Positions 1 through 9,803 are shown, numbered from the stretch's first letter. The stretch: 39,415 nucleotides of DNA from a virus (IMGVR_UViG_3300044987_001885:1-39415); one strand, 5' to 3'. The notes: generated by a model not told the origin, from the letters alone. Made by a program: numbers and translations.

Positions 1-127
1 CTGACGACAAGGATATGTCGGAAGGATACGGACAGAATGTGGTATCCGTATATCTTAGCCTGCAAAACCCTGTGGTGGTTGATGCTGAAGGCAAAAGCTA
101 CATTGAAATGAATTGGACTACCATTAC
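1..127. repeat. Terminal overlap of circular assembly (identical to 39289-39415)
   Basis: ctgacgacaaggatatgtcg...ttggactaccattac occurs exactly at both ends; 127 bp is a typical assembler k-mer length and the overlap lies inside an ORF. Confidence 0.95.
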
Positions 128-3100
128 TCGGGCAAAGGAAAGTGGACACGATGGAGCAATTATCAGGAATGTGGATGATACCAGCGCCGGACGTGATAGC
201 AGGCCGATAACTACATTCGTCGCCTTCTCCCCCACCCAGATCAAATCCGTAAACAACCAGGGCGCGTGGAGCAAGGACGACCCTAGGATACTGTTCCAGC
301 CCGCCTACCACGGCACGCCCCACACCGTTGACAAGTTCTCCACCGACAAGATCGGCACGGGTGAAGGGGCGCAGGCTTACGGGTGGGGGCTTTACTTCTC
401 AAGCAATAGGGACGTAGCCCAGTTCTACCGGGACACTCTGACAAAAACAGCAGATTCGACTATCAATGGAAAGCCAATAAGCGCATTATATGAACAGCTT
501 GAGAAAAAAGCAGATAGGGCAAGTGGTAAAACAGCAGACGCCCTTTATGAGAAAATGGCTTTCCTTGAAGACCTTGAACTGACCCTGAGCTTTGATGAGT
601 CTATCGAAAGGATAGATAGCGATGCAACCAAAGAATGGGCGCTCTCATTGAGAGATAAGTACCAGCCAGCAGGAAATATTTACAAGGTTGAGCTGCCAGA
701 TGACGGGGATTATCTTGACTGGGATAAAAGCCAATTAGAGAACAGCAATGAAAAATTTATTGATGCTTTCGGAAGCATTACATCCAGCCGAGAAGCAAAA
801 AGAATATTATACACTCATAGCTTTTCTTTAACCGGAGAAGAAATATACGAAGATATTGTAAGCGCATACATGGAAACAGACGGAATAGACCGAGATGCAG
901 CTAAAAAATCAGCAAGCATGCTATTAAAATCCGTGGGCATACCCGGCATTACATACATGGGAGAATTCTCTAGGGTCAACGAAGGCGCTCGAAACTACGT
1001 CATATTTGACGAGAACAACGTCCAGATAACTGGAATCCTCTTCCAGCCCGATTCCGACCTGCTTGACGACGCCCGTTCCTTCCCCGACTGGCAGAAGTTC
1101 ATGGATGACTACGAGGAATTCCGCACCTTCGCCGACACAGCCGTGCCTGACCTTCCGCCCGAGGAGCTTGCCAAGTGGTACAAGGACACGTGGGAACGTG
1201 CGAGAAAAACACCCGTTGACCCCGTGGTGCAGGACGCCGAGTTCCTTGATATGATACGGGCCCCCGGTGGGGTGGAGCGCTTCATGGACGCCCTCGTGGT
1301 ATCCATGGGCTTCGACACTTCCAGGGGACCGATGGACGAGGAGGAGGCGCAGACCTTCGCTGACGCCGAGGCCCTGAAATCACGCATAAACCGTGAGGCC
1401 AACCCCACTATCCTGAACAACATCCCCCGCGTAGCCCAGGAAAAACCTCTCACCGAACGGGCCAGGAAGGCTATCGTCACCCTCATCAAGAACGGGACGA
1501 GGGATTACCGGGCATTGTACGCAGACGCCACCGGAGACCCCCAGTACCGTGTCACCGGCGACCAGCTACCCGAGATCGAGGGGCCGAGAAGCCGCGAGGA
1601 CATGTCCATCGACGAGCGCAACCTGATCGCGTTGCAGATCAAGGACGAGGCCACCCGCAATGCCCTGCTTTCAGGCGAGGACACCATCGAGGGTGGAGCT
1701 GTCGAGGGCTTCATCAAGCGCACCGAGGAGCGGGAACGCGACCTGAAGCGGCAGATAGCCGAGCTTGAGGAGGAGCTGAAGGACGACAACTCCATCATAA
1801 GCGCAGCCAACCGCCAGGCGGACAAGGCTTTGAAGGCTTCCAGAGAGGCCCAGAGGGCTTTCGAGAAGGCAGACCGGGAAGTGAAGCGGCTGATCAAGCG
1901 GGGCGAGGCCGTGTCGGAAACCCTTTCATCGGCGAGGCAGGAAGCGGCGCTCCAGCTCAAGACGGTGAAGAAGGAAGAAGCCGAGCTGAGGAAGGACATC
2001 CGGGTCGAGAAATCCATGGGCAAGAGGATTGCCCTGGACAACCTCCGAACCGAGCTGAGGGATGCCCAGGCCCAGAAGGACATCGCACGGAAAGAGCGGG
2101 AGCGCAAGGTCAAGCTGGCAAAGCGGATCATGCAGAAGCCGTCCGACTCCATCGAGTACGAATACCGCCAGAAGATAGCCGCCATCCAGAACCTTATCGA
2201 CGCCCACTTCAGGAAGACCTCCGTTTTCTGGGGGAAGGTGGACATCCAGCTGGACGACATCCAGAAGATACTCGCCGAGAACGCCGAATACGACCTGGAC
2301 AAGCTGCTCACCAAGAAGGTCGTGGACCGCATCACGAAGAAATCCCTGGACCAGTGGACCGTGGCAGAGCTTGAGGAGCTTGACGAGCGTGTACGGGCGC
2401 TGAGGACCGAGGGCAAGGCGATAAGGGACGCGTACAAGGAATACCAGAAGGCGCAGGCCCGGATCATGCGGAGCGAGATCCGCAACGCCCTTCTCGCATC
2501 CGGTAAGTACAAGGACCCGCCCCCCTCCGGCAGCGAGTCGGCGCAGAAACGGCTCAGAACCCCCGCGTACCGTGCCCAGCAGGCGTTCCTCTCGTCCATC
2601 AACATGGACCGCGTTGCCGACATGGCCGACGGAGGGAAGCCAGGGATGAACACCGAACTGCTTGTCACCCGCCACAGGGACGTACTGCGTGCCGAAATGC
2701 GCGAGACGAACCGCAGGCAGGCGGCAGTCATGAAGGCTTTCAAGGAGCTCGGGGTAGACCTGAAGGACTTCTACGAGACCCACGAGATCGACGGCAACAC
2801 CTGGACCACGGCGCAGCTGATGGGCGTGTACCTCGCCGACAAGAACGACCAGTCGCGGGAAGCGGTGCAGTTCGGCAACCTCATGACCGCCCAGGAACGC
2901 GCCACCCTTGACCGTGACGAGCTTACGGCAGAGGCGAAGGAGCGGTACGACGCGGTGATGGAAGTGGTTGACGCACTGCCCGAGGAGATCAAGAAGGCGG
3001 CGGATGCCATCGGGAAGGATTTCGACTCGAACTTTGACCGTATCCAGAAGACGAATATCCGCGAATTCAACGCCGGGGTGAAGAAAGTCCTGAACTACTT

Positions 3101-4499
3101 CCCCATATTCCGCCAGGAGGCCACCTTCGACGACCTGGCCGAGACGGTGGGGAACGAACTCCTGAACCGGAACGGCATCCAGCTCCAGAGGAACGCCGAG
3201 AAGGGCTTCACCGAATCCCGCATAGACATCGGACCCGAGCACCAGAAGCCCATGAGGCTTGACGCCATCGACGTATGGACCACCGCGATGAACGCCCAGG
3301 AACACTTCGTCGCATCCGCCGAATACGTGCGGGAGCTGAACCGTGTCTACAAGGGCCGGGGATCTGAAGCCACCAGAAGTGTAATGGAGGGAACATACGG
3401 CAAAGGGATGGTGGACAAGATCGACAAACACATCTCAGAGATAGCCAACCCCCAGTCCTTCCGCGTGAAGGACGGAACATCGGAAGTACTCAGGGCGATC
3501 CGGGGCAACCTGGGCATCGGCTACCTTGGCTTCCGGGTATCGAACCTCCTGGTGCAGGGTGTCACATCCCCCGCCCCGTACCTTGGATATGTCAACCCGC
3601 TTGAGCTTTCAGCGGCTGCGCTCAAGGTGGCATCCAACCCGCTGAAAGCCTGGAAGGAAATATCGGAGAAAAGCCCGATAATGGCCGGCAGGTCGGCCAA
3701 CGAGATGATGGAATCCATGAAGGAGGCCCAAAAGAGCATGACCGACGGTTCGGTCAAGGCCGGGTATGGAAAGATCATGGGCGCGACCATGATCGGGCTG
3801 GAGTGGGTGGACCGCGCATCTGTCATGGCTGGATGGCTGGCGGTGTACGACCGCACCATGGCCGAGACCAAGGGCGACGAGACCGCATCCATAGCGAAGG
3901 CCGACGACATCACCCTCAAGACCCAGCCCTCCGGGTACTGGTGGAACAACTCAAATATGTTCCAGCCCTCGGGGGACGCGAAGGGCGAGGCGTGGAAGAT
4001 CATCACCCAGTTCCAGAGCTCGCTGAATGTGATCTGGCAGAACCTCGCCTACGACGTTCCCAACGCTGTAAAGCAAAGGGACATTGGACGGGCCGTGGCG
4101 ATAGTCACCTCCTACGTGATTGCAGGGGCCGCTGTGGGCCTGCTGAAAGACGGGTACGACGATGACGACGAGGACGCGGTATCCAGGACGAGGAAGCTCC
4201 TGTACTGGGGAATGTCGCAGGGATGGGCAAGCTTCCCCATGGTCGGAGGGATCATAGACTCCACCGCGAAAAGCCTCATCACAGGTGAGAGGGAAAACCC
4301 CATTAGCACAGACCTGTACCCGGTTTTCTCAAGCGCCAACAAGGCCGTCGTGGCCGCGAGCGAGGGAAGCTGGAAAACAGCCATGAAAGAGTTCGGTGAA
4401 GCTATCGGATACTCGACCGGAACGCCTGTTTCGGGTATAAAGGAACTGGGGGCCGCACTCACGGGCGATCCAGGACGACTGATCGGCAGGAGGAAATAG
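1..4499 (+). CDS. 3' part of giant polyvalent/ejection protein (continues in frame from 34029 across the junction): end of ART-like domain 2, ART-like domain 3, coiled coil, large helical C-terminal domain
   Basis: Position 15 corresponds to 39303, in frame with ATG 34029. Motifs: GHDGAII..FVAFSPTQIKS..RILFQ; AYHGT..GEGAQAYGWGLYF..GIPGITY..NYVIFD..GILFQ; E/K/R-rich coiled coil; stop TAG 4497-4499. Confidence 0.9.
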   Translation, partial: DDKDMSEGYGQNVVSVYLSLQNPVVVDAEGKSYIEMNWTTITRAKESGHDGAIIRNVDDTSAGRDSRPITTFVAFSPTQIKSVNNQGAWSKDDPRILFQPAYHGTPHTVDKFSTDKIGTGEGAQAYGWGLYFSSNRDVAQFYRDTLTKTADSTINGKPISALYEQLEKKADRASGKTADALYEKMAFLEDLELTLSFDESIERIDSDATKEWALSLRDKYQPAGNIYKVELPDDGDYLDWDKSQLENSNEKFIDAFGSITSSREAKRILYTHSFSLTGEEIYEDIVSAYMETDGIDRDAAKKSASMLLKSVGIPGITYMGEFSRVNEGARNYVIFDENNVQITGILFQPDSDLLDDARSFPDWQKFMDDYEEFRTFADTAVPDLPPEELAKWYKDTWERARKTPVDPVVQDAEFLDMIRAPGGVERFMDALVVSMGFDTSRGPMDEEEAQTFADAEALKSRINREANPTILNNIPRVAQEKPLTERARKAIVTLIKNGTRDYRALYADATGDPQYRVTGDQLPEIEGPRSREDMSIDERNLIALQIKDEATRNALLSGEDTIEGGAVEGFIKRTEERERDLKRQIAELEEELKDDNSIISAANRQADKALKASREAQRAFEKADREVKRLIKRGEAVSETLSSARQEAALQLKTVKKEEAELRKDIRVEKSMGKRIALDNLRTELRDAQAQKDIARKERERKVKLAKRIMQKPSDSIEYEYRQKIAAIQNLIDAHFRKTSVFWGKVDIQLDDIQKILAENAEYDLDKLLTKKVVDRITKKSLDQWTVAELEELDERVRALRTEGKAIRDAYKEYQKAQARIMRSEIRNALLASGKYKDPPPSGSESAQKRLRTPAYRAQQAFLSSINMDRVADMADGGKPGMNTELLVTRHRDVLRAEMRETNRRQAAVMKAFKELGVDLKDFYETHEIDGNTWTTAQLMGVYLADKNDQSREAVQFGNLMTAQERATLDRDELTAEAKERYDAVMEVVDALPEEIKKAADAIGKDFDSNFDRIQKTNIREFNAGVKKVLNYFPIFRQEATFDDLAETVGNELLNRNGIQLQRNAEKGFTESRIDIGPEHQKPMRLDAIDVWTTAMNAQEHFVASAEYVRELNRVYKGRGSEATRSVMEGTYGKGMVDKIDKHISEIANPQSFRVKDGTSEVLRAIRGNLGIGYLGFRVSNLLVQGVTSPAPYLGYVNPLELSAAALKVASNPLKAWKEISEKSPIMAGRSANEMMESMKEAQKSMTDGSVKAGYGKIMGATMIGLEWVDRASVMAGWLAVYDRTMAETKGDETASIAKADDITLKTQPSGYWWNNSNMFQPSGDAKGEAWKIITQFQSSLNVIWQNLAYDVPNAVKQRDIGRAVAIVTSYVIAGAAVGLLKDGYDDDDEDAVSRTRKLLYWGMSQGWASFPMVGGIIDSTAKSLITGERENPISTDLYPVFSSANKAVVAASEGSWKTAMKEFGEAIGYSTGTPVSGIKELGAALTGDPGRLIGRRK

Positions 4500-6503
4500 A
4501 TGCTCTCAAGCAGCGACAATGTGGTCCGTTACGCGATTGTCACGACACCGGCGGCAACCTACACAATCCCCTTCAAGTACTGGGCGACCTCCGAGATAAA
4601 GGCTGTCATCTCATTTCTTGGCGAGGCGGACGAGGTGCTCGACTACACCACCGACTTCACCGTGTCAGCGGCAGGGGATACCGGAACCCTCACCCGGGTT
4701 GGCACGTGGACAGCCGACGCGATACGGCTGACCATCTACCGTGACATCGCCCTTGTCCAGGAAACCGATTACCGGAACGGAGACGTTATAGACGCAGAGG
4801 CCGTCGAGAAATCAATCGACCGGCTTACCGCCCTGTCCCAGCAGATCAACGAGATTGCCAGCCGGCAGATCAACGTGCCGATAACCGACACGTCGGCAAC
4901 GCTTGAGCTTCCATCGATAGAGGAGCGCAAGAACCAGTTCCTTGGCTTCGACGAGGATGGCAACGCCATAGCCGCCGCTGGTGCCGCCCCAGTGGTAGCA
5001 TCAACATGGATTGCCGAGAACATCCTGACAAAGGAGACAGCCGACGCGGTTTTGACCGCCCTTGAGGCTACATCGGTAGGTAAGGCCATGCTGAAAGCCG
5101 CGAACAAGGCCGCACAGCAGGCGCTGATTTCAGGGTGCGATGCGGGGACGGTGGATGGCCACGACCTGTCAGTCCAGACCCCCCTCAACTCCGGCCTCGT
5201 CTGCGCCCCGCAGGGCAACGTGAGCGAGTGGCCGGACAATGCGGCGGGGACGACGTACTTTCAGGATGCGTGGGCAACAGTAGATGGGTGGGATGGAGTC
5301 GGATTATGTACTTTGACATTCCCTTCAGGCACTTTGCTTGCCACTGTGGATGCGGCGCAGACAGAAATAAGGATAAGGAAAAATACCGTCGCTTGGGGTA
5401 CGCTGAAGACCATCCGTTTCAAGTATAAACCGAGTAAGACCGGAACGCTTGTAGTCAAAGGGACCGTAGGTGGATCAGCGAACACGACCATATCCTCACA
5501 TGCCGTGACTGCCGGAATCTGGAATATCATAGATACCTATTGCGCCGGAGACCTGACAGCGCTCTATGCGTCGCAGACAAGTTGTGTAACTGGAGACACT
5601 GGATACATCGACTGGGTGTACATCGGTGACGGCACCTACACCACCAAGGCCCTCGACGCCTCGGGTAACGGCAACCACGGCACGGTGGCCGGGGCAACTC
5701 CGGTCGATACGGTGGCAGGGAAGGGGTTCTCGTTTGACGGGGTGAATGACAGCATCACCCATCCAACGGTGACAATAGCCAACGGATCACCGTGGACAAT
5801 CGCTTGGTGGCAGACCGAGACAAGCACTGGATTACGTTTCCCTTGGGGCAACGGATCAAGCAAGTGTCCCGTGTTGTATACCGACAACGCGCTGTATTTC
5901 AGGGACGCCGGAAACACGTACCGAAAATGCACCAACGCGCTGACACGGGCGTCACTGAATCATCTGATGCTTGTGTGCGACGGGGCGACAATTACTGGAT
6001 ACGTAAATGGGGTTGTGGGACTTACCGTCACCCCAAGCTCGACAGAAATATCGCTGGCTAGATTCGCCCGTGGCTACGATCCAGCTGATGTTACCTACAT
6101 TTTCGGAGGCACCTTTTCCGACCCCCGCATCTACAACCGCGCCCTGAGTGCCGATGAAATCTGGGAACTCTACCAGAAGCCCGGCATGGCCCGCCTGAGT
6201 GGTCCCATCGACGCCGTGACCGCCGTGCCTGACTCAAGGGTGGTTCGGAATGCATCCGGGTTTGTGGAGGCCACTGATCCAACCAGCGTTGCCACCGCAG
6301 GGGCTGTCGGATACCAGACCGCCATCGACGTCGCCAGCGGCGGGACGCTCACCATGCCAGCGGGATCGGGAACCTACTTCTGGACGATACTCACCTACGG
6401 AGCGACGATCAACTCGGTCAAACTCGGCACGACTGCGGCAGGGGCGGCGGCTACCGGGACCGCAAGCGCGAACCTCACGGTACTCGTGAAAAGGATAGCC
6501 TAA
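4500..6503 (+). CDS. Tail fibre / receptor-binding protein (T7 gp17-like N-terminal anchor, LamG/concanavalin-like domain)
   Basis: N-terminal YTIPFKY..LTIYRDI..EKSIDRLTALSQQ anchor pattern; DASGNGNHGT..FDGVND..YVNG..PRIYNRALSADEI LamG-type signature; follows the ejection gene. Confidence 0.85.
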   Translation: MLSSSDNVVRYAIVTTPAATYTIPFKYWATSEIKAVISFLGEADEVLDYTTDFTVSAAGDTGTLTRVGTWTADAIRLTIYRDIALVQETDYRNGDVIDAEAVEKSIDRLTALSQQINEIASRQINVPITDTSATLELPSIEERKNQFLGFDEDGNAIAAAGAAPVVASTWIAENILTKETADAVLTALEATSVGKAMLKAANKAAQQALISGCDAGTVDGHDLSVQTPLNSGLVCAPQGNVSEWPDNAAGTTYFQDAWATVDGWDGVGLCTLTFPSGTLLATVDAAQTEIRIRKNTVAWGTLKTIRFKYKPSKTGTLVVKGTVGGSANTTISSHAVTAGIWNIIDTYCAGDLTALYASQTSCVTGDTGYIDWVYIGDGTYTTKALDASGNGNHGTVAGATPVDTVAGKGFSFDGVNDSITHPTVTIANGSPWTIAWWQTETSTGLRFPWGNGSSKCPVLYTDNALYFRDAGNTYRKCTNALTRASLNHLMLVCDGATITGYVNGVVGLTVTPSSTEISLARFARGYDPADVTYIFGGTFSDPRIYNRALSADEIWELYQKPGMARLSGPIDAVTAVPDSRVVRNASGFVEATDPTSVATAGAVGYQTAIDVASGGTLTMPAGSGTYFWTILTYGATINSVKLGTTAAGAAATGTASANLTVLVKRIA

Positions 6504-6649
6504 TGGACGTACGCGAACACCCCAACCAAGACGGATATATCATCACCATGACGGACGGGACCGAATACGCCACGCAGGAGGGCGACAGGTTCTACGAGGC
6601 GGCGCGGGAAGCGTTCGAGGGCGAGGAGATCATGAATGACCCGGCTTGA
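6503..6649 (+). CDS. Small hypothetical protein (48 aa), possibly tail-fibre associated
   Basis: ATG overlaps the tail-fibre stop (TAATG); MDVREHPNQDGYIITMTDGTEYATQEGDRFYEAAREAF..; below the ORF-track cutoff. Confidence 0.6.
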   Translation: MDVREHPNQDGYIITMTDGTEYATQEGDRFYEAAREAFEGEEIMNDPA

Positions 6650-7172
6650 GATATTCAACAGGTGTGTGAAAGGCCCGTGGAAAACAAGCGGACTCGGCGT
6701 GCAATGGCGATGGAAAGACGGCGTGCTGGCTTTCCAGTGTACCCGCGACAGGCAGGACTGGCTGTTCAACTTCTTCGCGGGACGGGCGACCATAGACGGC
6801 GACCTTGCCCACGCAGGGTTCGCTTCCCTGTGGGCATCGGTCCTGCACGAGGTGTCCATGTCTGTAGGTACCACTTCTGGCTTCCAGATCGAGGGCTATT
6901 CGCAGGGCGCGGCGCTTGCCACCCTTGCCTATCGGTACTTCGACAAGCGGGGACAGGCTCCACATGGCAACGTATTCGGAAGCCCGAAGGTGTTCGCCCA
7001 GAAAGTAACCTGCCCGGACCTTGAGAACATCCAGACCCACGGGGACATCGTTACCGCCCTCCCGTTCCTGAGCTGGTTCCACCACACCGGGACGATCATA
7101 CGGCTGGGGAAACAACAGATCATACCCACACCGATGAGGCACACGCCTGACGAATACAGGAAGGCATTATGA
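6636..7172 (+). CDS. Class 3 lipase-like alpha/beta hydrolase
   Basis: LAFQCT..DW, AHAGF, nucleophile elbow GYSQGAALA, FGSPKV, GDIVTALP, C-terminal H..Y: the Lipase_3 motif order with Ser-Asp-His. Confidence 0.85.
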   Translation: MTRLEIFNRCVKGPWKTSGLGVQWRWKDGVLAFQCTRDRQDWLFNFFAGRATIDGDLAHAGFASLWASVLHEVSMSVGTTSGFQIEGYSQGAALATLAYRYFDKRGQAPHGNVFGSPKVFAQKVTCPDLENIQTHGDIVTALPFLSWFHHTGTIIRLGKQQIIPTPMRHTPDEYRKAL

Positions 7173-7218
7173 TGGACATTATCCGGCAGAATACCGGAAG
7201 AACCTATAGGAGGAAACT

Positions 7219-8241
7219 ATGGATATGATGGCACGGGTAATGGGACGGGACGTTTCGGTCTGGGGCCGCAACGCTGTAGTCGGAAACGCCGCGACGGGCG
7301 AGGAGCTGTACGCATACGACCAGGCCCTTAGCTGGCCGACCATACTGGCGGCGGCGGCAAAGCTGGACATCTCGGCTGCCAACGCCGCCGACGCTTTCTT
7401 CGTGTCGAAGGGAACAGCCACAATGACCATAGCGGCCCCATGCGTGGCATCCCTGACAACCCACACACTGGCAACCGGGGACGCCGTGAAGTTCACCACC
7501 ACCGGGGCACTTCCAACCGGCCTGACGGCCAGCGCCACCTACTACGCAAAGGTCATCAACGCCAACACGTTCAACCTGCACACAACCAGGGCGGACGCTA
7601 TCGCGGGAACGAACCCGATCACCACGACCGGGACGCAGAGCGGAACCCACACCCTGTTCATCCCTGGGACCGGGGCGAATTCCATCATGGTGTTCGGGCT
7701 TGACGGCTCCTACAACCCTCAATGGGAAGAGATTGCGCTTGCGGGAACCACCCCCGTCACCACAGTCAAGTCATACCTGAGGCTTTTCGGGGCCGAGGTG
7801 ACCAGGTCTGGAAGCGGCAAGGTGAATGCCGGCAACATCCACATCATCAAGACCGGGACGGCTGGAGCCTACACCACCCCTGGAATCCCCGACACCCTCA
7901 CCTCCGCCTTGTGTCTCGTCCTTGCCGGCTGGGGATCATCCCAGAACGGCATGTACACCGTGCCCGCTGGAAAGACCGCTACTCTCAAGGGGCTTATCCT
8001 GAACGCCCGTTCCCAGGCCTGCACCTTCTGGCTCGTCTCCCAGAGGCTCGCCGACACCGAGGACAACTCACTGCACATCGACTTCCCGGTAGAGGTCAAC
8101 GTCACGAACGGAGTCCTGATCACCCCCGGAGACTTGGGCATGAAGCTTACCTACGGCGAAAAGACAGACATCCGCCTGAGGGTGTTCGCCGCCGCCGCTT
8201 CGGGAATCGCCACCGGGACGATCATCCTTGAGGTGGTCTGA
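7219..8241 (+). CDS. Putative virion structural protein, beta-rich, with an inserted small beta domain
   Basis: GGAGG RBS; Thr/Gly/Ala-rich; GTGA..VFGLD..EEIALAGTTPV and YTVPAGKT patterns typical of phage structural proteins. Confidence 0.6.
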   Translation: MDMMARVMGRDVSVWGRNAVVGNAATGEELYAYDQALSWPTILAAAAKLDISAANAADAFFVSKGTATMTIAAPCVASLTTHTLATGDAVKFTTTGALPTGLTASATYYAKVINANTFNLHTTRADAIAGTNPITTTGTQSGTHTLFIPGTGANSIMVFGLDGSYNPQWEEIALAGTTPVTTVKSYLRLFGAEVTRSGSGKVNAGNIHIIKTGTAGAYTTPGIPDTLTSALCLVLAGWGSSQNGMYTVPAGKTATLKGLILNARSQACTFWLVSQRLADTEDNSLHIDFPVEVNVTNGVLITPGDLGMKLTYGEKTDIRLRVFAAAASGIATGTIILEVV

Positions 8242-8549
8242 TGAACGAGATCACCATTGCAGCCGTGTCAGTCATCGCCGGTCTCGTGCTGGCGAGCATA
8301 TACGGCGCATTCACGACATTTGTCCGGAAGCGTGTCACCGTGCGGACACCGGAGGCCACCGCGATCACATCGCTCACGCCTGCCGTCAATGCCCTGCTTG
8401 ACTCCAACGGACCCATGATGCAGGGGATTATTGCTATTCTCGAAGCCCAGAAGGGCCAGTGCAACGGGAATGTAGACGAGGCCCTGCGTGTGAACCGTGA
8501 GGCAAAGAAGCGCTTCGACAAGTTCCTCGTCAGTCAGGCGAAGATATGA
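8241..8549 (+). CDS. Single-pass membrane protein, holin/antiholin-like
   Basis: N-terminal hydrophobic helix IAAVSVIAGLVLASIYGAF followed by basic RKR; coupled to neighbouring genes; GxCNGNV motif. Confidence 0.55.
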   Translation: MNEITIAAVSVIAGLVLASIYGAFTTFVRKRVTVRTPEATAITSLTPAVNALLDSNGPMMQGIIAILEAQKGQCNGNVDEALRVNREAKKRFDKFLVSQAKI

Positions 8550-8968
8550 AGCAAGCCATCCAGACGTTCCTTGCGGAGGCGGGGGAATCGGCGTGCTACG
8601 CGCTCGACATCATCAAGATAGCGGAGATATTCAGCCGTAGGGATTTCGACCCGCTCGTTGCCCTGCAAAGGGGCATCGAGACGGGCTTCATCGCCTACGA
8701 TCCACAGAACCCGAACGACAACAACAACTTCTACGTGAAAGACCCGGCCAGCTATCTTGGTATGCTGACCGGGGAGCTGTGGACGGTGACAAAGGAATAT
8801 CCCGACTACAAGCCAATGCTGACCGATTGGATTGTTGAAAGATGGGAGCGGACGAGGGGCCAGGTCACCACCAGTCATTTCAGGCTTCCCGACTGGGACT
8901 CCCTTCTGGACTCGCAGACGGTAAAGTATGGGAAGATAGCATCGCTCAGGGTATTCAGGAGGGCATAA
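8546..8968 (+). CDS. DUF261-like papain/C39-fold cysteine peptidase, candidate endolysin
   Basis: ACY..HF..WDSL..SLRVF resembles, from memory, the GCY..HF..YDSL..SKRIF pattern of Borrelia cp32 DUF261 proteins; lies between two membrane-protein genes. Confidence 0.55.
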   Translation: MKQAIQTFLAEAGESACYALDIIKIAEIFSRRDFDPLVALQRGIETGFIAYDPQNPNDNNNFYVKDPASYLGMLTGELWTVTKEYPDYKPMLTDWIVERWERTRGQVTTSHFRLPDWDSLLDSQTVKYGKIASLRVFRRA

Positions 8969-9444
8969 TGGGAGTTAAAAGCTGGCTTACCGACCTTGTG
9001 GGGGGAGGGGCGTCGAAGATTCTGGATACCGTATTCACCGGCGTTGATAAATTCATCACCACCGACGAGGACCGGCAGAAGCTCCTGGTGCTGAAGGCGC
9101 AGACCGACATGGAGATGCAGAGGCTCATGTTCGAGGCCGAGACGCAACGGCTGAAGGATGTCCAGTCGGCACGCACCATGTACGCGAGCGACAACATCAT
9201 CCAGAAAGTTCTTGCCCTGCTGTTCACGGGATCATTTTTCGGCTTCATGGTGTTCCTGCTGTTCCTGCTGAAGGACGCGAACCTGTCCAGCGACCAGACC
9301 AATCTGGTGTATGCCATGTTCGGGGCGGTCTCGGGAATCATGGTGACCATCATCGGGTTCTACTTTGGCTCCAGCCAGGGTTCCCGTGACAAGGACGCCA
9401 CGTTCGCGGAGGACGTGAAGAAGATAATGGGGCAGAAGGAATGA
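8968..9444 (+). CDS. Holin-like membrane protein
   Basis: Start at TAATG overlap; amphipathic N-terminus, DVQSAR, two TM helices ending IIGFYFGSSQGS, typical of phage holin-like proteins. Confidence 0.7.
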   Translation: MGVKSWLTDLVGGGASKILDTVFTGVDKFITTDEDRQKLLVLKAQTDMEMQRLMFEAETQRLKDVQSARTMYASDNIIQKVLALLFTGSFFGFMVFLLFLLKDANLSSDQTNLVYAMFGAVSGIMVTIIGFYFGSSQGSRDKDATFAEDVKKIMGQKE

Positions 9445-9803
9445 TCTGCGACCAGGCTTTTGACGCGGGGATTGCGTACCTCATCACCAACGGAAACGTA
9501 GTCCATATCTGCTCGGCAGAACCCACTGTTGTCGGTACGCTGAACAGCCTGGGAAACAAGACGGGCGTGACCCTTGGAGCGGCTGGCGATGGAACCCCGA
9601 GCGGCAGGAAAACCACCGTCCCGGCGATTACGGACGGCACATCGACAGCTTCCGGTACGGCCACCCACTGGGCTATAGTGGATACAGGGGCAACTATCCT
9701 TGTGGCAACGGGCCAGCTCGCATCCAGCCAGGGGATAACCTCAGGGAATCCATGGACCCTGGCTGCCTTCGACCTCACGATAAAGGACGCGGTAAGCGCA
9801 TGA
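9441..9803 (+). CDS. Putative small virion/tail protein
   Basis: AAGGA RBS, ATGA overlap; T/G/A-rich, GTATHWAIVD motif. Confidence 0.6.
   Translation: MICDQAFDAGIAYLITNGNVVHICSAEPTVVGTLNSLGNKTGVTLGAAGDGTPSGRKTTVPAITDGTSTASGTATHWAIVDTGATILVATGQLASSQGITSGNPWTLAAFDLTIKDAVSA

Noticed and set aside
1505-3431. Long minus-strand ORFs (412 and 501 aa)
   Set aside because: Antisense shadows of a GC-rich coding strand; no motifs or RBS
3954-3968. NMFQP as a seventh LFQ boundary
   Set aside because: Met instead of Leu, inside the continuous C-terminal domain, with no compositional or domain break
15-4499. 1494-aa ORF as a stand-alone gene starting at ATG 15
   Set aside because: That Met lies in the middle of ART-like domain 2; the frame is open upstream through the circular junction to 34029
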